From NCBI GenBank assembly GCA_964019425.1, contig OZ025792.1, positions 434,001 to 498,000 on the forward strand: a DNA stretch of 64,000 bases, given 5' to 3'. The notes beneath the pieces were generated by a model, which saw nothing but the letters and a program-made list of their open reading frames with translations, searched no databases and had not been told where the DNA came from. Position 1 is the first letter of the stretch. Each line of letters starts with the position of its first letter. The position numbers and the translations under genes are program-made. Of the stretch, positions 37,056 through 51,132 are shown piece after piece. Source of the stretch: Flectonema sp. DT1601. Lineage: Eukaryota.

Positions 37056-37988
37056 ACCAGCAGTCGGTAATTAGATCATAGACTCTATCTGTGCTCAGTG
37101 GGTGATGATGGTTATCAACATCCTCGACAAACAAACCAGCATTAGAGTTATTGATAATCATTTCAAGGGGAGACAACAAAAAAGGAAAAGCAGAAACCGT
37201 CATTCTCCGTAGACTCGAACAGCAGCAAATTATAAAAAAGGAGCGAGGGAAGGAAGGTTATTACAGCAGTGGCTCCACGCAACTAATATCAAGAAGCTGC
37301 TGGCACTTTCTGATTGCCAGTAATGCAGGCAACAAACAGACTAAGTCCTCGTGATACGTCCTGAGGAGAGCCCCGACAAGTGCATGAGGAAAACGATAAA
37401 ATGATTTCAGAAAGTTATTTTATTTTCAATCACAACAAAGTTCAGAGAGATTCCTAATGTATTTGTACATCATTTGAGAACAAGATAACGATGACAGCAG
37501 TCGGTAATTAGATCATAGACTCTATCTGTGCTCAGTGGGTGATGATGGTTATCAACATCCTCGACAAACAAACCAGCATTAGAGTTATTGATAATCATTT
37601 CAAGGGGAGACAACAAAAAAGGAGAAGCTAAAATTACCATTCTCTGTTGACTCGAAGCATTTAACAAAAAGCGAGGGAAGCATTTCTGTAGTTATTACAG
37701 CAGTGGCTCCACGCAACTAATATCGAAAAGCTGGCACTTGCTGATTGTCAGTAATGCAGGCAACAAACAGATCCTGAGGAGAGCCCCGACAAGTGGATGG
37801 GGAAAATGATAAAATGATTTCAGAAAGTTACTTTATTTTCAATCACAACAAAGTTCAGAGAGATTCCTAATGTATTTGTACATCATTTGAGAACAAGATA
37901 ACGATGACAGCAGTCGGTAATTAGATCATAGACTCTATCTGTGTTCAGTGGGTGATGATGGTTATCAACATCCTCGACAAACAAACCA
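37056..37988 (-). repeat. ~415-440-bp tandem repeat (about 2.2 units); candidate C/D snoRNA cluster, locus A
   Basis: CAGCAGTCGGTAATTAGATCATAGAC recurs at about 37058, 37495 and 37908; same unit occurs at 57.0-58.1 kb. Confidence 0.92.
37404..37477 (-). ncRNA. Box C/D snoRNA candidate (copies also at 37817-37890, 57073-57146, 57510-57583, 57936-58008)
   Basis: AUGAUGU (C), acaaauacauuaggaaucucu, CUGA (D'), GUGAUUG (C'), aaaauaaaauaacuuu, CUGA (D). The D' guide is antisense to LSU GAGAUUCC(C/U)A. Confidence 0.68.
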
Positions 37989-38088
37989 TGAGCATCAAAA
38001 GCATAGTTGAAAGCTGTAATGAAATAGAAATTAAAAAACATGTACGTGAGTAAAAAGATTTCGTACAAGTAGACCATCTTTGGGTTAA

Positions 38089-39423
38089 TTAAAGAATTCC
38101 TTCTATGACTGCAGTACAGGAACCGGATTTAAGTATTCGTCGAAACCATTTCTTAGAAGTACCCAACTGCTCTGATGATGTTGTTGGTAAGACAACGAGA
38201 GAGTCAGGATCAGAGAGAGGAGAGTATCCCATTATTGGTGAGTTAATTAATTCGTAAACCAGACTAACGACACCCTTCCAGAGCCTTGGTTGATGTGAAG
38301 GTTTCTGAAAGCAAAGAGAAACAACAATCGAATCTAAGTTAAAAACTTCTTTAAGAAGACAGTGAACATATGGAGATGAGTATTGACCATCCTTGTCACG
38401 GAGGACTACCTTCCACGAAGGAAGGTTCTTGCTTTCAAATCCAGAGAATGAAACCTCCGGTGATCTACAACCCAATTCAGGATACGGCACCAACATCTCC
38501 AAAGCAGAAGTGTTCATATTCTCGTTCTTTACAACGGCTGGTATTGTTATCTTTACTCTGAGCTCACATTGATTTCCTTCACAAACAAGCGATGTGCACA
38601 TCCCCAACACACTTCTGACATCATCACCAGGCCCAGAGTACCGTAAAAGGGAAGTAGTTCCCTTTTTAAGTCTCTTAATTGCACAATTTCTTGCCGGAGC
38701 TGCATCAGTACCACAAGAAGTACAACACACAAATGATGAGAATGACGTAGCTGCAGGTAGAGTATGTGACTGAATTGTTAACGAGACCTCCGGTGTGTCA
38801 TTTAAAAAACTCTTTAACAGAATCTCACCTTTAAAATTAACAGAATTCGGAAGCAGTACACCTGAACAACTATAAGCAAACGACACATGTTCAACATGAT
38901 CAATGTAAATGTCTAAATGAGGGGCCTCGTTTATTGGTCTGGCAGGTCCTTTTTGGTTACTAATATAAGAATCGTTTAAATCATTATTAACAGCTATTGT
39001 TTGTTGGAGATAGCCATCACAAACAATAGTGTCTAACAAGTCATGAATAATGTATGATTTTAGACTTAGAGTGTTGTGGCATAATAATCCAATATGGTCA
39101 GAAATCGTATTATACAAACACAATGTTAATTCTAATAGGGTAGATGATGATGTATTACTTGATGAATAAACAACAAATTCATAATTACTTCTTCTTATCC
39201 AAGCACATCGTCCGTGAATTGGTCCAGTATTAAAGACTGGTGGGATTTGATTGGTTTCTTGTAATTTTCGTATCACTTCGTCAAGAATTGTTTCTCCAAA
39301 ACTGTCGTCTCTCCAAGTATGTCTCACCAAAGACTTCCCTTCAGATAAAATAAAAAATTCATTCACTCCGTTTGACAACGTGTTAAATTGAGGAAGGATA
39401 CTATTCAGTGACCCATAATCCAT
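38089..39423 (-). CDS. Divergent adaptor-complex mu subunit-like protein (longin-like N-terminus + mu homology domain)
   Basis: FFILSEGKSLVRHTWR, IIHDLLDTIVCDGYLQQT, IYIDHVEHV...GEILLKSFL..TPEV resemble AP mu motifs; 444 aa. Confidence 0.7.
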   Translation of the reverse strand: MDYGSLNSILPQFNTLSNGVNEFFILSEGKSLVRHTWRDDSFGETILDEVIRKLQETNQIPPVFNTGPIHGRCAWIRRSNYEFVVYSSSNTSSSTLLELTLCLYNTISDHIGLLCHNTLSLKSYIIHDLLDTIVCDGYLQQTIAVNNDLNDSYISNQKGPARPINEAPHLDIYIDHVEHVSFAYSCSGVLLPNSVNFKGEILLKSFLNDTPEVSLTIQSHTLPAATSFSSFVCCTSCGTDAAPARNCAIKRLKKGTTSLLRYSGPGDDVRSVLGMCTSLVCEGNQCELRVKITIPAVVKNENMNTSALEMLVPYPELGCRSPEVSFSGFESKNLPSWKVVLRDKDGQYSSPYVHCLLKEVFNLDSIVVSLCFQKPSHQPRLWKGVVSLVYELINSPIMGYSPLSDPDSLVVLPTTSSEQLGTSKKWFRRILKSGSCTAVIEGIL

Positions 39424-39769
39424 TATCCATATCCGTACATGTCTTTTAATTTTTTTTTTAAAACAAGTAAAGTTGACTTCTTTTTTTTTTTTTCAGACAA
39501 ACAAAACATCATCAACACATCTATTTCTTACATTATTGCGATAAAATTAATAAATCAATACTGAAAAACAACTAATACAAGAATTCCACTGGACACTTAA
39601 GGGGTAACAGATGAAACAAGAGGCAAGTAGTTTCTTTTGTTTTTTTTTTAATAAACTATCGAGGTGTGGGGGATTCTCCTTACGCTCCGTTTTTTTTTTT
39701 TTTTTTTTTTTTTTGTCATATGTCGTTACCTTCTTCAAAAATAAATAAAGTGCTTCCATTTTTTCAGTC

Positions 39770-39801
<32 letters not shown>

Positions 39802-39905
39802 CTAATCAAGAAATTAAAGAAATAATCTACGGTAATATGAGCAAGGGACAAAAAAAAAAAAAAAAATAATAATAATAATAATAACAAAAATAATGCCACC
39901 CCACA

Positions 39906-41089
39906 CTACAACATACCACAACCTGACTTTATGAGAGTTTCAAATCCTTCTATTGCTACATGATCTTTTGACAGAATCGCTTGTATTAAGTGCTTCATGT
40001 CAAGGTCTTCAAAGCACTTTGCTGCTAAGAACACTAAAAGGTGGAAATCCGCAACCTGTTCTACAAATGGTTTCGCTTTTCTATCTTCTGAGCTGAGGAA
40101 GAGGCGAACATTCGACCAGTCTGGAGGAGCTTCCCCTGGACGGCTTATCCTAATAAAACGGTTTCCAATTGGTGCCTTAAAACTCGTAATAGGAACGTTT
40201 ACTGTAAACAATACACTGTCAACAGAGCGGGTTGGCTCTTTGGAAACCATTCCCATCTTAGCCCCTGTTGCTTGCTGTTTTGAGATATGTTTTTTTTTTT
40301 TACTTTGATGAAAAAAACTATGTTGGAAGTACATACTTTCTGAACTGCCTCCATTTCTCGTTCGCTGCAAACTAGTTTTGGATCTTCTGGATGAGGGCTC
40401 AGAATACCTTCTTTCCATATTTCAGTTCCCTGATGAGATGCTTGGTATGCATCAAATTCTGCTGCAGCATCGTGTGAATTGACACCACCTTCCAAGAGGA
40501 CTCTCATTTGAATCAAACAACAATGACTTCCGTATAAAGCTTGCTGCTCTGCTGCTAAAATAACTTCAGAAGCGGTTAAGATAGGATCATCAGGAGAGGT
40601 ACTTAAATAAGATACGAGCATTCCAACTCTCTGGTAGCCAAGTAACTTTGCTATATTGTCTACTTTGGGTAATAGTTTGTCTTCAGTGAATTTGTAACCT
40701 CTTGGTGACCCAATCTGCTCTGGTTCATAGCAGCAATGACAAGATACAACACCATCGTTGACTGTGCCGTACATTATCGCTGCGCGCATCAAACCAAAAT
40801 CCATTCTTCGTAAGAATGATTGAAAGAATGATGCAGCGTCTTCGTCGAGGTCAAATCGTTTTAAGTGAGAACCCTTCTGAACTTGAATTCGTTGATATTT
40901 ATTTATCAATTCCTCGTATTCTTTCATTCCGATTTGCTTCGGCGGATTCGCAAAATATTTTCCTCCAATAACTTTTCCTTTTTTTGGAGCAGGTTTCGAA
41001 GGGTTGTTTGCTTCCTCTTTTTCTTGTAGTCTTTGTTTTTCTGCACGTTCTCTGTGCATTCTTCTAACTTCAGCTAATTGGGCATCCAT
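39906..41089 (-). CDS. NPL4-family protein (p97/Cdc48 cofactor), 2 exons
   Basis: AASFFQSF..FG..RAAIMYG..CYEPEQIG..VDNIAKLLGYQRVG..ILTASEV..A..Q, then FK..NR and ADFHLLVFL. Intron 40275-40336 joins the two ORFs in frame; ATG at 41089. Confidence 0.85.
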
Positions 41090-41540
41090 CTTTTTTCTTG
41101 CAACTTTTTCTACTGGAAAAGCATGACACACATTGGGTACAAGCTTCTTAAGCCTTGAAAAAAAACAGGAGGCGCGGGGGAAAAAAAAAACTCAGCTGTT
41201 AGTCAAAACGTTTTTTTTTTTTTTTTTTTTTTTTGCTTTCTTTTTTTTTTTTTCTGTCTATTTCCGACATCGAATAATATAATAAGATTGCATAAAAATG
41301 AAAAGAAAAAAAAAAAGAAAAAAAAAAATGAGAACACAACCCTTCACATCGACAGCAGCAGGCAATGCTAATGCCTAAAAAAAATATTACAACTAAAAAA
41401 CGCGACATAGATAGATAACGGTCCTATTACAGAGAAAATTGTGCATCGTCGATACAGTAAACGTAAGTAGACCCAATCTTGTTAGGATTATGGTGTGGCT
41501 TGGTGCCATTGCCATCTTTGTACCTTTTGACAATAAGTTC

Positions 41541-41579
<39 letters not shown>

Positions 41580-42660
41580 TTGCTGTAGTGTTTCGTTGAA
41601 TGTCCTTAATACAGGAAGCACAAAAAAAAAAAAAAAAAAAATTCTAACAATCACGTAAATAGATGTTTTTTTTTTTTTTTAAATTAACAGAACTAGCTAT
41701 GTAAGATGAGTTTATTAAACTCAACTTTAATAACAACAGCAACAGGAATGCCAACTCACAGATGTTTCATGTCGGAAACTAATCGACAATTGAGCTCCCT
41801 CAGTTAGTATTAGTACCACATTTTATCACAGAACGTACGGGGAGGGGAAAGGGAAAAAGAAAAACCGAGAACAGAAAATAAGGACTCGAACGATTATTTC
41901 ACACTGACGATGTGCGACAGCAGAACAAACGCAATCGAAAAAGAAAAAAGAAAAGTGAGCGGATTAACATCCCAGTAGGGAAACTGAGACAAGTTCGACA
42001 AAAACGAAGTCACGAAAACCTTTCAGCAACACCTATCTGGTGGGTGAGCAGGTTTCCGGTACGATGAAAACAACTATATGACAGTAAATAAGACTCAGAA
42101 AATAAAAGAAAGATTCGTGACAGCATTACTAATAAGGGAAGCAAACACAAAGAACTACACAAAAGAAGAGGCAATATCGACTCGAAGTCAGAGCTAATCC
42201 ATTTGTCACGAAGCAACTTCTCGAGAAAAGGAAAAAAAATTACAAGAGAACGGAAATCGAAAACTCTGCAGGCCACAACCGTTGTTGGTTGCTGTGAAGA
42301 TTATATTCGTGAGAGTGCTTCTTACTGGAGAATAAGAGAAAAAAAAAGGATGTTTACCTGCTGAGTCAAAAAAAAAAAAAAAATAGAGACAAAAAAAAAA
42401 AAAAAAAAAAAAATGGGACAACCCCAATGAAATTTCACTTTTCGTAATTTACTAAACAAAAGTAACTGACAAACAAAACAAGTAAAACAAAAAAAACTAA
42501 AAAAAGGTAACTTATAATTATATAAAATATATCTGTGTTATCAATTGTGAACTAATGTAAAAATATTAGTAATTTTATGAGACAGTTAGATAACAGGTTA
42601 ACACTCAACAAAATGTGTGTCAACTTATCTGAATACAAGTCTCTATTTCCGTATCGTCAT

Positions 42661-45600
42661 TTAGATGACATATATCATGGGTGTGCAATTTCGCTGTCGC
42701 TTCCTTCGCTTAAGATATTGATCTGTTTTTTTTTTTTTTTTTTTTTTTTTTCAAGGTTCGTCGGACTTTTGAAGTACAAAAAAAAATTAAAATTAAAATT
42801 AAAAAAAGACGTACAGATAGCTCACCTGGAATGTCAATGGCTTTCACAGACGGAGCTACGCTGTCATCCGATGATAAATCTGTTACGTCCTCAGCACCTT
42901 TCCAGTCATTTGGATACACTTCTGAATTCGCTATCGATCCGGAACGAGTACGAATTCTGCGAAATGATGAAAATGCCTCTTCCAAAACCTGTTTTTTTTT
43001 TTTTGTTTTTTTTCAAGAAGAAAAACTTAATTTAAAAAAAAAAAAAAAAAAACACAAACCCTTTTAGGAGACTTGTTTGTTAAAGAAGTTTTAAAGGACG
43101 CGGTGCTCCTAAGAAACGGAGTCTCTGAAAACGTCAGACCAGGTGACGTTGAATGACCCGGTAACCTTTCATTCAGATCAAGTACGAAGAATGCTTGAAG
43201 GAAGTCACCGTATGACACCTGTCCGTCATTATCATAATCGATGTATTTTAAGAAAGATTCTAATTGATTGTTTGAAAGAGGCCATGTTTGTATACTTACG
43301 TCAATTGTTTTAGTCTTTGGATCGATGTGTAGATTTTTTCTAATCTCGTCAATCGGTTCTCCAAATAGAGCCGACACATTAGCGATTTCAGAAGCTTCTG
43401 TTTTTGATCCGGATCCAGATGTAAAGCAATAAGTCGTTCTACGACTAGGGCAGTGTAATGCATCAGATGAAAACCTACTTATGGTATGTTGGAGATCGCT
43501 AAGTCCGATTTTACCATCTTTGTCGTGGTCAAAAACAGCAAAAGCTCTTGTAGGAGATCCACACTTTGTAACTAACTCTCTCAACCGATGAACTAGCCAT
43601 AAATCCCACATGTGAAATGTTGTTGCGGGTAACCAAACTTGATCATACTCATCGCATTCATAGGCATCCTGAACTTGATCAACGTGAATACCATGGATGG
43701 CGCTGTCGTCAAACATTTTTTTAAATTCATTCAGTCTGATGTATCCAGGAACACCTCCGTCTTTATCGAAATAACAGAACAGGAGAAATATAACATCGCT
43801 GGGAAGGGTGGTCTGCAATGAGGTTATTAAAGGAAAGAATCTGTGGTAACCCATTATTCCATCCTTTCCAACAGCTGACTCGAATAGTTGAAATGCGTTA
43901 CTCTTCGTAGAAGTGATGGATTTATGCCACAGCCAACGGACAACATGAGGTGCCCATTTTCTAAACAAGCGATCCTCGATAGGCATAGCAAAACGTCTGA
44001 GGAACTCGAGGTATGGGATAGCGAGACCCCCTTCATTTGAAACACTCTCTGCAATTAGCGGACGTACAAATCCCCAAGGAAGATCAGGACAACTACTGAG
44101 ATCTTTCAGTGTACGAGACCACTCATGAACAGCAACTAAACCAGTCTGTCCAGTCTTGTCATCAATGAGAGAGAACTCTGTCATCAATCGATGACGTTTT
44201 TTATAAACCATCTCATGCAGAATTCTCAACACCTCAGTTACAATAGAAGGCTGAGAGTGTGTTGTGTCAGAATGATTAGCATCCCCCAGAACAGCCGCAT
44301 CTAATTCAGTTTCATCTTCTTCGAATACCTTCCAGGTATCAAAACCAATTGAACAAGATCCAGCATTAACAGTATTGTTTCTTTTATTATCTTCAGCATC
44401 AGCTGCCAGGGTGATTATAGCAACTGCTCCGTCATTACGTTGAACCCTCGCGTAGTATGAAGCTGAAAATATCGTAATCACTAACCCGTCTTGATGAATT
44501 GCAAATCCGGCATCTTGAGCTTCGTGGCTCCTGATTACCAATCGGAGTTTGTTTCTTCGAAGGAATGATTCTGTGTGATCTCTTTTATAAAAGATACCAT
44601 TACCTCTGTCAGTGTTGAGTGACCATCCTGCTTGAGAGTTTGGTGTTCCTTCTTCAGCTGGATCTGACCAAGTCATGTCTGCGATAACTCGTTGTTCAAC
44701 GGTAGTTGTGCTTTCAAATTTGGTCATCGGAATATCTCGAAATCTACTTACTTCATTAATCTGTTTTAGAGTAACTTTATCCCTTGGAACACCACCATGA
44801 ACAACCATAATTTCATCTTGGATTATAGTCGCTAGGGGAACAGCTCTGAACACTCGTAGGAATCTTTGATAATTCGATTGTGAGTATTTAGTTAAGACTT
44901 CGTCACGGAATTCATACTGCGTACACATCGGTTCATCTTCGTGATTTCCTCTATTCATAAAGACATAATTAGGATATGCCAACAACAGTGTTAACAACAC
45001 TGCAGTAACTTCACATCCTTTAGCTCCTCTGTCAACAAAGTCACCATTAAATACGTAAATCTTATTGTCACTGGGCAAGTCAAACTCTCTTATGATATGA
45101 AGAAGATCTGCTAATTGACCGTGTAAGTCACCTACGACTATGCAGCGAGTTGTTTCTTTTAATTTAACATATTGAACGGTTGGTCTTTTTGCAAGATGGG
45201 CTTCTGCTTTAATAAGCAGTTGTTTCATGAATCCAGCGGGAATTAATTTATTATCACTTACGATATCAATAACAGCTTTTACAACAATTTCTTTTTCCGG
45301 AAGCTCAGCTATTTCTCCTATCGGCCAACGGAGTTCATCGGCTCCCGCTGGCGAAGTAACGTCTTGGATATCATTCTTCGGTGTTATCGAGGTGGTTGTT
45401 TTATTTCCGGGTAGTAATAAACGTGTTTCCAACCACTTGTCTAATTTGTTATATAAATAGTGGTATGTGCTACCAAGCCACAGTTTGTACAGTCTCCGTT
45501 TTTTATACCATCTTTGAATCTTCACGGCGTTGTACAACTGGGTGTCACCGTCTCGTTTGTACCTTGCTAGTGACTTCCGGTTATTTTTGTGTATTTTCGC

Positions 45601-45888
45601 TACCGCTTCCGCGACAGTTGTGGTCCCGCAGACCTTCATATTCAGCGGACAGTACGGAAGTAGTTCTGGAGGGAGTTTTCTGTGACAGAATTCACACTCC
45701 TGAGATCCGATTTCACCTCGTATGCTGCCCTTTGTGTACAGTCCTAACCCAGCTGGGATTGCTTTAACACCCCTCTCCTTTGCCCTTGGTAATACCCTCG
45801 GTGATATGTTATTCTGCACCTCAGGTAGCTTTTTTATAGGCCCCGTAGACTTCGGGCGTTCTGCCTCGGAAGATCCACACTGACCCAT
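42661..45888 (-). CDS. PPEF/RdgC-like Ser/Thr protein phosphatase with IQ motif and EF-hands
   Basis: MGQCGS acylation motif, IQRWYK, GDLHGQ, GDFVDRG, RGNHE, HGG, IRSHE, FSA; EF-hands DHDKDGKIG and DYDNDGQVS. Predicted 3' introns 42989-43059 and 42723-42825 (terminal exon less certain). Confidence 0.88.
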
Positions 45889-47827
45889 AGTGTTATGTCA
45901 GGTAGAGGGCTGCTAGAAAGAACTTAAATAATTTTAAGGTCCCTCAGTCTGATATTACAAAAAGAATATGAAACGATGTCTGAGTAAATGTTAAAATAAC
46001 AACATAACTATTTCCTGTTTAATAAATTATTTTGTAATAAATTATAAATTGATCTTACACATTAACTAGAGGGATGGGAGTACAGCCGCAGAACCCTACG
46101 CATTCTGCTAACCAAAAGATAAAAAAAAAAAACAACTGAGACAAAATCTCAGCTCACCCCTAAGGTTCACACTAACGGGTTTTTCGAATTTTCTTTGTCT
46201 TTTTTTTTTTTTTCCCCTTCTCTCTCTGGGTTCTACTTTCGGATTGTATCATGAACATTATTGCGTTCATCGGAGTGGGAAGACTGAAGGCACGCTACAA
46301 AAAGAAACAAAGGCTTGCCACTAGGGACAAAAGCATTTATTCTTTTATATTAATTTTATTTTCTCTGTCTTTTTTTTTTTTTTTTTTGTTTGTTTTTGTT
46401 CACCCATTCACTAAGCAAAAAAAAAGGGGGGCAGGAAAGGTGAAAGCCCAGAAACGCCAAGAAAAAAAAGGGGGAGAAAAAAAAACAAATTGGCACGACG
46501 AATCCACATAAATGCAGAATAGTGAAAGAGAAAAAAAAAACAGAGAGGAAGATGTGGGGCTGGTGAAACGACGATTAGACGAGGGTGCTCAATGAAGCAG
46601 TTTTTTCATACTGTTAACGCTTGAGCAAAGGGGTGGTCGGATATGGAAGGGAACACTAATTGGAGTGGGGGCTCAAGACACATAAGCAGGAGTCGCCTAT
46701 TATCTGCGCTTGTGGCGAAATCGCACGAAGAACCCTGAGCACTTCTGCCCAGGTATATTCTTTTTAATGTATTTTTTTTTTTTTTTTTTGTCTTTTTTTT
46801 TATATAAAAAGTTTTTTTTTATTTTGTTTTTTTTGTTTTTTTTTATTGCTTTTTTTGTTTTTTTTTTTAATCTCTTTTTCTTTCTTTTCCCCCCCTCTCT
46901 TCTTCTTTTTTTTTCTTCAAGGCTTCGCAGTAACAAAGCACTTGCCTGCTTCTTGAGAGGCAAAATGCGTTATTATCGCGACAGTACTGAAGATTGGAAC
47001 GAAGCAGTCGGGAAACACTTCTCGTTTCTTTGCCTTGGTGGGCAAGAAGTTCTCTCACTCGGTGTGATGCCGAACTGCATTTTTTTTTATTGTTTCTTCC
47101 AACTTTCAACAGGAACATGAAAACATTGTGCATGGATCTCTTTTAATTTTCCTTTTAATTTTTTAAAATGTTTTTTTTTTTTTTTTTTTTTTTTTGTTTG
47201 TTTTGTTTTGTTTTTTTCTCTCCGATTGAGGCATCCCCTATCAACAGTAGAAGTTGACATCAGGGTACTCAGGCAACATGCACCGCAAACCCTCACGTAT
47301 GGTCAAACTTCAACCCGAACCGGAGGTGGTTGAAAGAGCTCGCACAGTCGTTAACCGATTAAAAAGGTTTGTGTTGTAGAGAACAGTATGTAACTCAATT
47401 CACTAACAACAATGAAACAGCGTAGACATAGGCAAATCAGCTTACGAAATATTAAGATTCGTGGGGAGGGAATGAGACAAGGTAGAACTGTTTCTATCGG
47501 TTTTGTTGTTTTTTTTTTTTTTTTTCTTTTTTTGGTGTCGGACTGTATTGCCGAGTTGATTACTTGAAGAGAGTAACCAGTCACTCACAAAAGGGGAAGA
47601 CATGGGAACCTGGGAAATAGAAGAGGGAGCTGTCTGTAACAAAGTACAACTAAGGCCTGACTGTGCTGCTTACAAAGTACATCGTCATTTTAAAAAAAAC
47701 CAAAAAAAAAACCAAAAAAAAAAAAGACTTATTCCACAGCGTGGTTTTTGTTATTTTTTTCTTTTTTTTTTTTTTTCTTTTTTTTTTTTTTTTTGCCCTC
47801 TCCTTGTTCAAACTTATTCACCAAAAC

Positions 47828-50800
47828 CTAGAAATCCTCAGCTTTGAGGAGAAGGTCGCAGGCAAGGCGGGCATCCCCCTCAGCCTTCATGAGTGCTTCA
47901 GTCGCCTTGGCCTGTGAGAATCCCATGTCAACGAACCTCTTTACCTGTTTGTTTGTTATTTTGAAATACACTAATAAGAAATAGATAGTGAGAAAGAGAA
48001 TGAACTAATATCATACCTGGTCCTGGTTAATCTTAATAGCCTTGGAGATCAACTTGCTGGTGTTCAAGTTAAGATCCTTGTACTTTCCAGCCAAATGGCC
48101 TTCAAGATCCTTCTTGATCAACTCAGCAGCGGCTTGGAGTTCTTCCATGTCACGCTCTGTTTTGTGTTTAATTATTGTATTCTGTAAGAAGTCTAACTTT
48201 GTGGATAAAGATAATTAAAGTATAACATACTCATCTCTTCCTCATCTCTACCCTCTGATCCCATGAGTAGGTTCAGTCTCTGGTTGACAATCCAGTTAGA
48301 TTTCTGTGAAAGGAGTACAGACTGAAGTTTAGCCTTCTCCTCTTCATTGAATCCAAATTGATCCATCTGATCTGGGCTGAGATCAAAGAGAGCATCTCTT
48401 GAAGTAATATTTTGTTCGATGAGAACTTCCTGAGTCTCGGCTCTAAGACCAGCCTCTTCAAAGAGTGCTTTCATAGTCGATGGTAGAGCTGTTTCAACAC
48501 GTGCCTTTTGCATATCAAGGAGACCATCCATCGCTAACTTCTTGAAGTCAACACCCTTAGCCTCAGATCGCATCTTACAGTACTCGACAGTGTCGAGAAT
48601 GACTTCGATCTCAAAGTGAGGAAAGTATTCAGTGAACTCACTAAATGCTTGGGCCATTTCTTCATCAAATTCCTGCTCATCAGCGAACTCCTTAACGTCA
48701 GCCATGCTTCGCTTCTTTGTGAGCCTAATCTCTTCTTGAGCCTTTCTACGGGCCTCCTCAATCTCAGCCTTCTTCTTGAGGAATTTCTCAATCCACTTGA
48801 GCAGGAATGGAACACATCTTGGAAGAAGTCTCTTAATCTTTCTGCTTCTTACAATTTCGAGTCTCTCGTTAACCTTTGCTTTGCAGAACACCTTGTTGTG
48901 ACCAATATCATAATGAGGTGCTTTTATGTGCAATATGTTAGTCCAGAATTCAGCCATCTTACGGCAGACTTCAGGAAGCTCTTCGTCAGAAGGATGAATA
49001 CCAGCTGGGTACTTGTCTTTAATTTCTTTTGATGCAATGATTCTGTAACGGAGCCAGAAGTCACGGTGAAGCTGACGAACAGGGTATCCCTGACGCTTCA
49101 TAATAATAGTTTCAATCACACCAGCACATGTCAATTGAGTCATGACGTATCCATTGTCAACAATACCAGCCTTCATTTGAGGGTTTGGCTTTACAGTTCT
49201 AATAAAGTGAGAGTCAGTGCTGTTAAGTTCTTCCTTAAGAGATTCCAGTTGCTTCTTGAACTTTGATCCCACGGTAGCCTTCTTCTTCTGGGCACCTGGC
49301 TTGGCAGCAGGTGCGGCATCAGCATCGTCGATAACGAGAAGCTTAGCAATGAATGGATTCGTTGACTGCTGAACGCATTCTCTCATGTCATCCTTCAAAG
49401 TGTCTTTGTTCTTCTCAAGCCAGTCAGCGGTCTGGTAGCTAACGTGAGCGGCATAATGGTTAATTCCGAACTTGTCTGGAACAGTTGACTTTGGCTTTAC
49501 GAAGAACTTGTCTTCACCATGCTCTTGCCAGGCTGCCTCAGTGAACGAAGCATCAGTTCCAAGACGGAAGTTACACTGAGCATCCAGGATGGCCATCACA
49601 CCCTTTTGATCTTTCTGAAGCATATCTAAACATGGCTGATTATCAGGGTAGTCAACAATTGGACAACCGATACCTTCAGCTTCACATTCAGCAGCATCCT
49701 GAATGAAGGTGTACTTGTTGTAATGGTTCTGAAGAGACTCGTTGGTAAAGTTGATACAGAACTGTTCAAAGCTGTTGATTTTGAAGTTCTCAAAACCAAA
49801 GATATCTAACAATCCAACGTAAGGAAGCTTCTTACCAGCAGCACGGACATCAGGCTTGATGACATCGTTCAGTTTTAATACTAACCAGTCAAAGACGGCT
49901 GAGTACAGAGCCTTGGAAAGTGCGTCTCTGAAATCACGAGCTTCGTCCTTGTCAGCCATTTGAGTCATGATGTTGGTTTTTGTCTTCACAAGAAGGCAAG
50001 CCTTAAATGCCTCAACGTCAAGGTTAAGAAGTCCAGCAGTCTTCTCAACAAGGTCGTTGTCAATGATCTTGGCCTTACCAGTTGACTCATCAGTATCGAA
50101 GGTAACATTCTGAAGCCAAAGCACGGATGCCAATACGCTAAAGATACAATGCTGTTCATCATCAGTGATTCCCGTGTCGTTAAACGCCTGGCAGAGGTTC
50201 TTAAACTCAACAGCATCGTCAGTTACACGTCCATGACCTTCACGGATGTACTGGTTACCCTTTGCAAGCATAGCGTAGTCCTGTGGCTTTGTAAGTCCTC
50301 CGTATTTGGCCTTCTGGGCGTCGGACATACCGCAGAGCATTTCATAGAAGACGTGGTATCCTCTCTCTCCAGGGTTTTGGGTTACGATTCTAGACTTCTC
50401 AAGAAGGTAGTGAATCATCTCAGCTCCAGTTAAAACACCTGACTTCTGGTCGAAGAACAATTTGATGTACTTACCGAATCTCGAAGAGTTGTCGTTTCTA
50501 AGGGTCTTTGCGTTACCAAAAGATTCCAAAATAGGGTTAGAAGCCTTCAACTTCTTGTTCACTGACTCAGCGACAGCCTTCTGAACACCATTGCAACTGT
50601 GGCTGTATGACATACATCCCAAGTAGTCAATCAGTGTCTTTGCGGTTTCTGTCTTTCCGGCACCAGATTCTCCGGAAATCAAAATGGACTGGTTGTTGCC
50701 TTCCATTACGATAATCTTTTTGTATGCTTTATGAGCTACTTCCCAAGTGTGAGGGTGATCCCATTTACCATCAGTGTGAGGAATCATCATCTCTGGCTTG

Positions 50801-51132
50801 TTGTAGTCCTTCATACAGAAAGGGTTTATGGAGATAATAATCTCACCCATTCTGGTAAACATCATTCCAGTCTTTTCGTAACGGTTCTTCAAACAGTACA
50901 ACAAAGTACTCTGATGGAGATCACCCATTTGAAATAAGTCTGCGAACTTTTCATCGTACGTTCCTTCCATGTGTTTGTGGATATTATCAGGGAGCACAGT
51001 GAACACTTCCCCATTGTGTTCAACTTTGACATTCTTTGCTCCTACTTCTTTAATGTTACCAATCGCCCAACCAGTTGTTGGGTTGACATAGAACACCTCT
51101 GTTCCCGGCTGGTAGATTTCTTTTGATGCCAT
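47828..51132 (-). CDS. Myosin (kinetoplastid myosin XXI/XIII-like) with CUE-like, SAM-like and UBA tail; exons 51132-48231, 48156-48017, 47944-47828
   Basis: GESGAGKT, NSSRFG, LLDIFGFE; the last exon encodes VKRFVDMGFSQAKATEALMKAEGDARLACDLLL (UBA). Confidence 0.92.
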
